In this document: piece after piece, positions 1 to 7,267 of the stretch | How positions within the stretch are numbered: the first letter of the stretch is position 1 | Layout: each line of letters starts with the position of its first letter | From: an uncultured virus (IMG/VR IMGVR_UViG_3300046820_000335) | Taxonomy: Duplodnaviria; Heunggongvirae; Uroviricota; Caudoviricetes | DNA length: 20,000 nt | Reading direction: 5' to 3' (one strand) | IMG/VR virus record: IMGVR_UViG_3300046820_000335 | Notes under the pieces: model-generated | What the model was told of the DNA's origin: nothing | Databases searched by the model: none | The model's input: only the letters and a program-made list of their open reading frames with translations | Position numbers and translations under genes: made by a program

Positions 1-1
1 T

Positions 2-1888
2 GCAATCACAGGAACAAATACTAGATTCTTAGATCAACTACAAGAGGGGGATCGTATCGTTATTCGTGGTATGACTCATGTAGTATCCACAATCACAAGT
101 AATACGTCTATGACTGTGACTCCAGACTGGCGTGGGGTTAATGCAGTATCTGGAGTTAAAGTTTGTAAAGTACAGGACATCATTATCCCACAAAGTGATT
201 GGAACTTAGACAAGTGTGACGGAACAGGACCATCTGGATATAACATCGACATTACAAAAATGCAAATGATCGGCATTCAGTTTAGCTGGTACGGTGCTGG
301 ATTTATCGATTGGATGTTTAGAGGCCCGGAAGGTAACTATGTATTTTGCCATCGATTAAAAGGTAATAACTTAAACACCGAAGCGTATATGCGAACTGGT
401 AACTTGCCAGTTCGCTACGAAGTATTAAATGAAGGGGCAAAAGCTAGACTAGCAGGCGCATTAGACAGTGTTTCAACTACTATGTATCTAGATAATACTT
501 ATGATTTTCCAACAAGCGGAATAGTATTCGTTGATAACGAAATTATATCTTATTCTGGAAAGAACGACTCAACCAATACCTTGACTGGTTTGAATAGAGC
601 TGCAACACTTAGTAACTTTGCCGCAGGTGCTGTAAGAAGTTATACCGCAGGTGTAGCAGCAACACATGCAAATAGACAAGGCGTTGTATTGATTTCGAAT
701 ACAACAAGCCCAATCATTAGCCATTGGGGTAGTGCGTATTTGATCGACGGTAACTTTGACGAAGATCGCGGATACATTTTCTCATATGCTTCTACAGGAA
801 ACAGTATTAGCACAACTAAAAACACTGTATTCTTGATTCGTTTGGCACCTAGTGTATCCAATGCTGTTACCGGGGACCTGGGTGAGAAAGAATTACTAAA
901 CAGAGCGCAGTTGCTGCTAAAATCAATATCTATTTCGTCAGACCCTCAAACAACAGGAACTTCTGGTATTGTTATTGAAGGGGTGTTGAATCCACAAAAC
1001 TATCCGTTGAATCCTAGCGATATCGGTTGGGGCGGATTGACTGCATTATCTCAAGGCGGACAGCCTAGCTTTGCACAGATTGCACCGGGCGGTTCTGTGA
1101 TTTGGTCGAGCGGTTCTAGTATTACAACTGCAACTGCTACGACCACTACTACTATGAGCACCACTTTAACCATGCAGTTCGGTAGTGGTACAAACGCCTA
1201 TATGTATGTTAATGCAACATCATGGCAGAACTCTAATGCATGGAGTGGAAACTATACCACTCCATTAAGCGGTGTTGTTATTAATGATGCAAAGTTTCCG
1301 AGTAATACTACAATAACCAGCATCCAAGGACCGTTTGGGTCTGGTGGAACTGCTTATTATGTTGTCTACACTAGCAGAAATGCTTCAACAAACGTAAACT
1401 CTGGAGCATCAGTTACATTGAACTTAGGTGGTAATAGTGCAGGTGTTACTAGTCAACTGTTCTTTACAGCAGCTAGCTGGACAGCAAGTGCTGCAACTAC
1501 CAATACTGAAGTTAATGACGTTAAGTTTCCAGCCAACACCCGTGTAGCTACAGTGACAGGCCCGTTAACGTTTGGTGTAACAAGCTATTACAGAGTAACG
1601 TTTACGCAGAGCTCTATTAGTTCAACTTCGGCAGGCGGAACAGTAACATTCCAGTTCGGTCAACCGCCTTATGCATTGCCAGGCGAAACAGTATTCTCCT
1701 TTATTGCAAATCCGGGCGAGACTGCAACACTTGATCTGAATGAGTTGAAAGAACTTACAACTACAGCTATTGGTGGTAGAGGAACGTTTCCAAATGGACC
1801 AGACGTGTTGGCCATTAACGTTTATAAGGTTGCAGGAACTGCAACCAATGCTAATATTATCTTACGTTGGGGTGAAGCTCAGGCTTAA
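2..1888 (+). CDS. Tail fibre / large virion structural protein, C-terminal part (5'-truncated by the window edge)
   Basis: The frame is open from position 2 (AITGTNTRFLDQLQEGDRIVIRGM...), so ATG 71 is internal. The sequence is Gly/Ser/Thr-rich and beta-type. The segment IPQSDWNLDKCDGTGPSG...FSWYGAG resembles lectin-like domains of phage tail proteins. It contains an internal duplicated module. Confidence 0.7.
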   Translation, partial: AITGTNTRFLDQLQEGDRIVIRGMTHVVSTITSNTSMTVTPDWRGVNAVSGVKVCKVQDIIIPQSDWNLDKCDGTGPSGYNIDITKMQMIGIQFSWYGAGFIDWMFRGPEGNYVFCHRLKGNNLNTEAYMRTGNLPVRYEVLNEGAKARLAGALDSVSTTMYLDNTYDFPTSGIVFVDNEIISYSGKNDSTNTLTGLNRAATLSNFAAGAVRSYTAGVAATHANRQGVVLISNTTSPIISHWGSAYLIDGNFDEDRGYIFSYASTGNSISTTKNTVFLIRLAPSVSNAVTGDLGEKELLNRAQLLLKSISISSDPQTTGTSGIVIEGVLNPQNYPLNPSDIGWGGLTALSQGGQPSFAQIAPGGSVIWSSGSSITTATATTTTTMSTTLTMQFGSGTNAYMYVNATSWQNSNAWSGNYTTPLSGVVINDAKFPSNTTITSIQGPFGSGGTAYYVVYTSRNASTNVNSGASVTLNLGGNSAGVTSQLFFTAASWTASAATTNTEVNDVKFPANTRVATVTGPLTFGVTSYYRVTFTQSSISSTSAGGTVTFQFGQPPYALPGETVFSFIANPGETATLDLNELKELTTTAIGGRGTFPNGPDVLAINVYKVAGTATNANIILRWGEAQA

Positions 1889-2160
1889 CGATTTGCAGAG
1901 CGCCAGTCTTGGTATTTTCTATCAAGCTGGCGTCTTAATGATGTGATTCTTTCTCTAATATCCGGAGCCATAACCGGAATCTGCCTTGACATGATCATAT
2001 CAAGATGTCCACTATCTAAAGATTTTATTTCTCTAACAAGTTTAGTCAATAACTGATCCATCTCTGTCTTTAAAGCACCGTCAGGAAGCTCGTTGATCAT
2101 TGATTGATATTTTTTATATTCCTGTTGAAATCTTTCAGATTTTAGAATGGTTGGTAGCAT
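1885..2160 (-). CDS. Hypothetical protein (91 aa, predicted helical)
   Basis: ORF with GGAG SD upstream (ctGGAGttagaaaATG). It overlaps the upstream gene end, and its stop shares TTAA (1885-1888) with the convergent gene. Confidence 0.7.
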   Translation of the reverse strand: MLPTILKSERFQQEYKKYQSMINELPDGALKTEMDQLLTKLVREIKSLDSGHLDMIMSRQIPVMAPDIRERITSLRRQLDRKYQDWRSANR

Positions 2161-2530
2161 TTTCTAACTCCAGTATAGTGTCTATTTTAGTGCGGATAAG
2201 CTGATTATTTATTGTGGCTTTTAAACCGTTATGTAGTTGCTTAGGTAAGAAATCTAAACTACTCCAACATAATGTAGGAGTTGAACAAGTTAAGAACTCT
2301 TCGTTTACTAGGCATACATAGGTTCCGTATTCAAAACCTTTATCTTCGCTGAGATAAAGTTCTATGGGAACAATCCTTCCTGAACAATAGGAGGTTAATA
2401 AAGGGTCTGCATCTTCTAAGAGAGACCCTTTTCTTGCAAATGTAGGTACAGTCCATTTTGATTCTTCTAATATAAGAAGAACACGACCTGTAGTTTTGGC
2501 TAAAAATAATAATCCGGCACGCTGTTGCAT
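2135..2530 (-). CDS. Nudix-fold-like protein lacking the Nudix box (probably catalytically degenerate)
   Basis: N-terminal AGLLFLAKTTGRVLLI...W.VP and C-terminal FEYGTYVCLVNEEF...CW...LP..LH follow the Nudix scaffold, but there is no GX5EX7REUXEEXG motif. Start reassigned from 2545 to ATG 2530, 5 nt after a TAAGTA box. Confidence 0.5.
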   Translation of the reverse strand: MQQRAGLLFLAKTTGRVLLILEESKWTVPTFARKGSLLEDADPLLTSYCSGRIVPIELYLSEDKGFEYGTYVCLVNEEFLTCSTPTLCWSSLDFLPKQLHNGLKATINNQLIRTKIDTILELENATNHSKI

Positions 2531-2535
2531 ACCGA

Positions 2536-2541
2536 TACTTA
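2536..2541 (-). promoter_or_regulatory. T4-like late promoter variant (gaTAAGTA)
   Basis: The minus strand reads TAA TGA TAAGTA tcggt ATG, the same geometry as other late genes. Confidence 0.5.
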
Positions 2542-2544
2542 TCA

Positions 2545-3912
2545 TTAGTCTATCTGAATTCTCCAGTATCCTGGTGCATACTCGCCTTCAAACGACTTGA
2601 GCCACTGTTCACCGTCCCATCGATATTGTATCGATGTTGTAAGATTTTGAACATAATGTATCGATGAATCGTTAACATCTGGATCAAAGTCAACTGCCCA
2701 AAACTGTCCTGTCCATTCTATAATAGAGTTAGCTTTGATAAAAGGATATGCACTATCTAAGTTTACCCAAGCATCGTCTGCTCCTACTCTGGCTACATCG
2801 GGATCATTGATATTATCTAATACTAATAATCTTGTTCCTACTGGAATATTCTCAACCCCATTGTAAAACGTAATAGGATTAAAGTTATATGGATCCACTA
2901 TTCTATTAATAGGGGTAATATTATTTGTTGGAATAGTATCAGGATCTAAAGTTACCACTAAGATTTTATTATCAAGTTCGTTAACTGCAAATGTTCCAGT
3001 GATTTCAAAACCTGTTGGCTGCATAAAATGTATTAGACTGGTTGCAGATACTCCGCCGTTAATATCTAAAATAGTATTCCAGTTATCATTAGTTGGTTCG
3101 CTCAAAGAAAGATAATAGTCATATGCACCAGTTCCTACGGGTCCTTTCATTAGTAAGGTTTCGTAGTCGTTAATAGTAGTCAATATTTTTGCAGTAGCTT
3201 CGTTTTGATTATAGACTAGAGTATTAATGTCCTGTACATTACCACTTTCAGTGAATATGTTAGCAATAACACTTTTAACTATGCCTAACTTCTTGACCTT
3301 AGCCGGTGGCGTAATATAGATAGGCATTGAAAATTCCATAGAGCAAATGTCTATTTCGCTTTCTGCACCTTGTGGAATAGATCTAGAACTAAAGTTGATT
3401 GAATCTAGGTCAACAACACTCAAACTAGTCCAGTCTAGATAGTTGTCAGTTGTTTGTATTTCTAAACTTGGATTGAATAGTACAGTAATCTGTTCTAGCA
3501 ACTGTAGCTTCTGATCGGTATTGCTGGTCCAGATATCAGCCTTCATGGTTAACTTGAAAGGAGTTGGCATGAGTCTTTCAACTGTATAGCCCGTACCTTG
3601 ATAAGTTTGATATGAACCAGTAGTTTGATCGTATGCACGTTCTCTAACACTCATTTTACTGACAAATGTAGCATCGGATAATCTAGTCTTATCGAGTTCA
3701 AGACCTGTAATATAACAGGCAATCTTGGGTACAGTGGGCATTTTGTTTTCAGAGTTGTCTCGAATAATCGCAGCAACCTGTCTACTCATATCGCCATAAC
3801 TAACAGGAATATATTGCTGAGTACCATCCCCAGACTGATATTTGAATCCTACAAAGATTCTCATAAACTGAGTTACATATCTTCTAATCTGCCCGTCGTA
3901 AAAAAAGTCCAT
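2545..3912 (-). CDS. gp15: T4 gp15-like tail sheath stabilizer / tail completion protein with C-terminal extension
   Basis: N-terminus MDFFYDGQIRRYVTQFMRIF, IPVSYG, P.IAC..TGLELD..R, and PTPFKL...DIW....DQKLQLLEQI..LFNP match the gp15 pattern. It lies directly downstream of the gp14-like gene. Confidence 0.75.
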   Translation of the reverse strand: MDFFYDGQIRRYVTQFMRIFVGFKYQSGDGTQQYIPVSYGDMSRQVAAIIRDNSENKMPTVPKIACYITGLELDKTRLSDATFVSKMSVRERAYDQTTGSYQTYQGTGYTVERLMPTPFKLTMKADIWTSNTDQKLQLLEQITVLFNPSLEIQTTDNYLDWTSLSVVDLDSINFSSRSIPQGAESEIDICSMEFSMPIYITPPAKVKKLGIVKSVIANIFTESGNVQDINTLVYNQNEATAKILTTINDYETLLMKGPVGTGAYDYYLSLSEPTNDNWNTILDINGGVSATSLIHFMQPTGFEITGTFAVNELDNKILVVTLDPDTIPTNNITPINRIVDPYNFNPITFYNGVENIPVGTRLLVLDNINDPDVARVGADDAWVNLDSAYPFIKANSIIEWTGQFWAVDFDPDVNDSSIHYVQNLTTSIQYRWDGEQWLKSFEGEYAPGYWRIQID

Positions 3913-3914
3913 TA

Positions 3915-5372
3915 TTAATCCGCCTGAGGTCTAAGAGCTTTACTTAAACTTTGTTTTTGTTTTATAGACTGTGCATAAAGTCTAAACTGCACTCTAGTTG
4001 ATGCAGTAGCCAGTTGATCTAGAGTGATCAATGCCAATCCTCCTGCACCGCTAGATACTGTTGCTGATGTTTTTCTTTCATCGAGGAATACTTCTGCATA
4101 CATACCTGATGAAAATGCCAACGAAGTTTGAATAGTATTGGTATCAACGTCTGGATAGAATACATCGAAGGTTAATGCACCTTGACCGGTTTCACCGTCA
4201 TTGTTAATAAAGCTGGTTTTCTGAGTCTGACGATTATCTTTACCTTCGAATCTATCACCAACTCCAACATCTGTTCCACCAAGATTGCTCATGGTCATTC
4301 GTTTCTCGTCTTCTACTTTAACCCATCTTGTGCCGTTATACTTGAATAGTCTTCTTGGCATATAATCGGTTCTAAGGTGATATTGATCAACAACTGGACT
4401 TAATGGAAATGCAATGCCCGAAGAGTAAACTGCACCATTTGGTGGTGCTGCATCGTCTGTTAAGTAACCTATTAGACTATCAAGTTCTCTAATAGCTTCT
4501 ATAAACTTGTAATACGATGAGTTGGGAGGTTGCACATTTGTAGCTTCTTGAACTACTTCGTATTTGTTTTCTCCAAAAGTAACAATGTCGCCTTTAAAAT
4601 ATGTCTTAATACTAGACCATTTTTCGGACAGCCCAGCGGTATTGCTTCGTATATTGTATAACTGCGAAGTATCGTAACCGCTCTTTGGAGCATCGGCTTC
4701 TGCTTGATCAAGAACTGCTTGAGTAATCTGCATTTCTTTTTCGTAGGAACTCATAATATCTCTGAGAGTCACATCAGTATCTTCATCTGCTAGACCATCC
4801 AGAATATCTTTAAACTCTTGACTATCAACTAGTGGCTTGCACTTGGCTCTGTATAAATGTGGATACCATGTTGCACTGAATCCTTCCGCAGCACGATTTA
4901 CTTCTTCGATTACATAAAATCTTTTAAGAGCAAACTGTAGATCGTTTAGAGCAAAATCATCTTTTAAATGGGGAAGTTCTACTACATCTCCGGCAATAAT
5001 CTTTCGACCCACTTTTTCTACTGTATCATTAATATGAAAAGTAATGAATACTGTATCGTTTTGTAAGAATAGACCAAACTGACTTAGGTTAAAGTCTGTA
5101 TCTTGCAGATTATATACACCCCTAAGTACATATACATCCGGATCATATTTTCGATCTCTATTTTCTAAGAATAACATATCCTGTATTTGTGTAGGATTTG
5201 TGCTAGAGTACGAAGGGGTGCTTGGTGTATCGCCCTGAATTGAAGCTCCTGGACCTAGGTACTTGTGTACTAACACATCGGTACCGCCGACCTGAAACAT
5301 CTGCCATACGGCTTTGTCGATAAATTTGTAGTTGTTGCCCTTTTCTGGACGATAAAGTGAGAGTCTTGGCAT
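3915..5372 (-). CDS. gp14: T4 gp14-like neck protein with inserted and C-terminal extra domains
   Basis: LSQFGL..NDTVFITFH and GDVVELP...FYVIEEV motifs resemble gp14, and it is adjacent to gp13- and gp15-like genes. Start reassigned from 5417 to ATG 5372 (MPRLSLY), 7 nt downstream of TATAAATA. ATG 5378 is an alternative. Confidence 0.6.
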   Translation of the reverse strand: MPRLSLYRPEKGNNYKFIDKAVWQMFQVGGTDVLVHKYLGPGASIQGDTPSTPSYSSTNPTQIQDMLFLENRDRKYDPDVYVLRGVYNLQDTDFNLSQFGLFLQNDTVFITFHINDTVEKVGRKIIAGDVVELPHLKDDFALNDLQFALKRFYVIEEVNRAAEGFSATWYPHLYRAKCKPLVDSQEFKDILDGLADEDTDVTLRDIMSSYEKEMQITQAVLDQAEADAPKSGYDTSQLYNIRSNTAGLSEKWSSIKTYFKGDIVTFGENKYEVVQEATNVQPPNSSYYKFIEAIRELDSLIGYLTDDAAPPNGAVYSSGIAFPLSPVVDQYHLRTDYMPRRLFKYNGTRWVKVEDEKRMTMSNLGGTDVGVGDRFEGKDNRQTQKTSFINNDGETGQGALTFDVFYPDVDTNTIQTSLAFSSGMYAEVFLDERKTSATVSSGAGGLALITLDQLATASTRVQFRLYAQSIKQKQSLSKALRPQAD

Positions 5373-5379
5373 AGTCATA

Positions 5380-5391
5380 TATTTATAAATA
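5380..5391. promoter_or_regulatory. Bidirectional T4-type late promoter (palindrome TATTTATAAATA)
   Basis: Contains the full T4 late consensus TATAAATA on + (5384-5391) and on - (5387-5380), in the 23-nt gap between divergent ATGs at 5372 and 5396. Confidence 0.8.
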
Positions 5392-5395
5392 CTGT

Positions 5396-6154
5396 ATGAG
5401 CCAAATCGACCAATCAAAACAATCAGTCTATGATTATTGCAGAACCATGCTAGGTGACGGCATGATTGATGTAGAACTAGACCCTATCCACTACGAAACC
5501 GCATTAAATCGTGCTCTTGCTGTATTTCGACAAAGAAGCGATAATGCAGTAGAAGAAAGTTATGCGTACTTGACTCTTAAGGAAAATGAAAACGAATACA
5601 TTCTTCCAAAAGAGATACAGCAAGTACGACAGATTTTTAGAAGAAGTATCGGCTCAAGAACTGGCAACGGCGATGGTGGTACTGTTTTTGAACCCTTCAA
5701 CTTGGCCTATACAAATACCTATTTGTTAAGCTCAACTAACATGGGCGGACTGGCAACGTACGAGCTATTTTCGGGCTATCAAGAGCTAGTAGGAAAGATG
5801 TTCGGTAGTTTTATTAACTACACATGGCACCCACAGAGCCGAAAAATCGTCATCCAACAACGCCCTAGAAGCGACGAAGAAGTTTTGTTATGGGTCTATA
5901 ATATACGCCCAGACTTTGCTATCATCGAAGACACTTATGCAGGACAGTGGATTAAAGACTATAGTCTAGCTAACTGCAAAATGATGCTTGGTCAAGCCCG
6001 TGAGTTATTCAGCCAGATTGCAGGTCCAGGCGGCGGTACTAGTTTAAACGGTGCTGCTATGAAAGCAGAAGCAACCGCTGACCTCGAACGTCTAACTAAA
6101 GAACTAGAGACTCTAGTATCTGGTGGCTCCGGATATTCATTCATTATTGGTTAA
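5396..6154 (+). CDS. gp13: T4 gp13-like neck (head-tail adaptor) protein
   Basis: YCRTMLG..MIDVELD...(Y)..ALNRAL N-terminus and WIKDY..A.CK..LG.....F.....PGG..SLNG C-terminus are typical of gp13. Confidence 0.8.
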   Translation: MSQIDQSKQSVYDYCRTMLGDGMIDVELDPIHYETALNRALAVFRQRSDNAVEESYAYLTLKENENEYILPKEIQQVRQIFRRSIGSRTGNGDGGTVFEPFNLAYTNTYLLSSTNMGGLATYELFSGYQELVGKMFGSFINYTWHPQSRKIVIQQRPRSDEEVLLWVYNIRPDFAIIEDTYAGQWIKDYSLANCKMMLGQARELFSQIAGPGGGTSLNGAAMKAEATADLERLTKELETLVSGGSGYSFIIG

Positions 6155-6161
6155 CTGATCG

Positions 6162-6198
6162 TTGTTTTCTTGCACTAAAGTTGTTACACTTGTAACAA
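6162..6198 (+). promoter_or_regulatory. Putative sigma70-type promoter overlapped by an inverted repeat
   Basis: TTGTTT (6162-6167), 17 nt, then TACACT (6185-6190) with an extended -10 TG. Inverted repeat TTGTTACA-CT-TGTAACAA at 6181-6198. SD AAGGAG at 6202-6207. Confidence 0.45.
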
Positions 6199-6212
6199 TG
6201 TAAGGAGACATT

Positions 6213-6866
6213 ATGATTATAGGAGTCTGCGGATTTATAGGCAGCGGTAAAGATACTATTGCCGATTACCTGGTTAATTTTCACGAGTTTAGAAGAGAAA
6301 GTTTTGCATCTACACTAAAAGATGCAGTAGCAGCAGTGTTTGGTTGGGACCGAACAATGTTGGAAGGGCGCACAAAAGAAGCCCGAGAATGGAGAGAGCA
6401 AGTCGACCCTTGGTGGGCAGAACGTCTAGCAATGCCTACATTAACTCCCCGTTGGATCCTACAATATTGGGGTACAGAAGTATGTCGTAAATCTTTTCAC
6501 GACGATATTTGGATTGCCAGCTTAGAAAATAAACTACGTACAAGTAAGGATCATGTAGTTGTTAGTGACTGTCGATTCCCTAACGAAATAGCCGCTATCA
6601 AAGCACAGGGTGGTAAAATACTCTGGGTTCAACGAGGTAATCTACCGGACTGGTATGATACTGCTATTGCTGCTAATCAAGGACACAACTGGGCTGTGCA
6701 AGAGCTCAAAATGAAGAAAATCCACGCTAGTGAAACCAGTTGGGTTGGCACAGACTTTGATGCGGTAGTGGATAACAACGGATTAATCAGCCAGCTTTAT
6801 ATGAATATGGAAGGGCTTGTTAACGATTTTAATAATCAGCAACAAGATCTCCTTGTCGCCAGCTAA
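6213..6866 (+). CDS. Deoxynucleoside monophosphate kinase (T4 gp1-like)
   Basis: P-loop MIIGVCGFIGSGKDT, SFA..LK, TPR.ILQ.WGTE..R, VVSDCRFPNE and H.SE motifs. Strong SD. Confidence 0.88.
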   Translation: MIIGVCGFIGSGKDTIADYLVNFHEFRRESFASTLKDAVAAVFGWDRTMLEGRTKEAREWREQVDPWWAERLAMPTLTPRWILQYWGTEVCRKSFHDDIWIASLENKLRTSKDHVVVSDCRFPNEIAAIKAQGGKILWVQRGNLPDWYDTAIAANQGHNWAVQELKMKKIHASETSWVGTDFDAVVDNNGLISQLYMNMEGLVNDFNNQQQDLLVAS

Positions 6867-7164
6867 TATTTTCTTTGCTTAAAATATTAGCACAGTTAGC
6901 GCACACTGTTTTAAGATTAGTATGACGGCAGTTGTCAAGATTGCCGTCTACATGAAAAACTCTAAAAACTTCTAAATGCGGGCTTCTAAACCCGCATTTG
7001 TCGCATTGATTTTTTATCTTATACCCAGCCCTAGCCCACCTAGGAATACCGTGGTATAAGCCGTTAGTCATACAGACTTCACATAGTCTACGATAATAAA
7101 TTCTATCATTCTTTTTGTAGTTTACGGCCCGGGGTCGCAAACCGCACTTACATAATGGTCTCAT
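6829..7164 (-). CDS. HNH-like / zinc-finger protein
   Basis: CKC...CEVC N-terminal Zn knuckle, then CDKCGF...VFHVDGNLDN....NLKTVCANC (HNH beta-beta-alpha pattern). Confidence 0.7.
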   Translation of the reverse strand: MRPLCKCGLRPRAVNYKKNDRIYYRRLCEVCMTNGLYHGIPRWARAGYKIKNQCDKCGFRSPHLEVFRVFHVDGNLDNCRHTNLKTVCANCANILSKENISWRQGDLVADY

Positions 7165-7168
7165 ACTT

Positions 7169-7174
7169 TATTTA
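7169..7174 (-). promoter_or_regulatory. T4-like late promoter (TAAATA)
   Basis: The minus strand reads ttTAAATA aagt ATG, 4 nt before the HNH ORF start. Confidence 0.6.
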
Positions 7175-7230
7175 AACCTTTTCATCCCCTTTTTCTCAGG
7201 TTATAACTCTACTATTTTCCAATATACCGC

Positions 7231-7236
7231 TAAATA
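7231..7236 (+). promoter_or_regulatory. T4-like late promoter (cTAAATA) for the sheath-tube operon
   Basis: TAAATA lies 31 nt before ATG 7268, followed by SD AGGAGA at 7255-7260. Confidence 0.65.
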
Positions 7237-7267
7237 CTTTAGCAAAACATTACCAGGAGAATAGGGA

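Noticed and set aside
1120..1170. ACT/ACA-rich repeat-like tract
   Set aside because: It encodes a Thr-rich linker with varied codons. It is not a DNA-level tandem repeat, CRISPR or DGR element.
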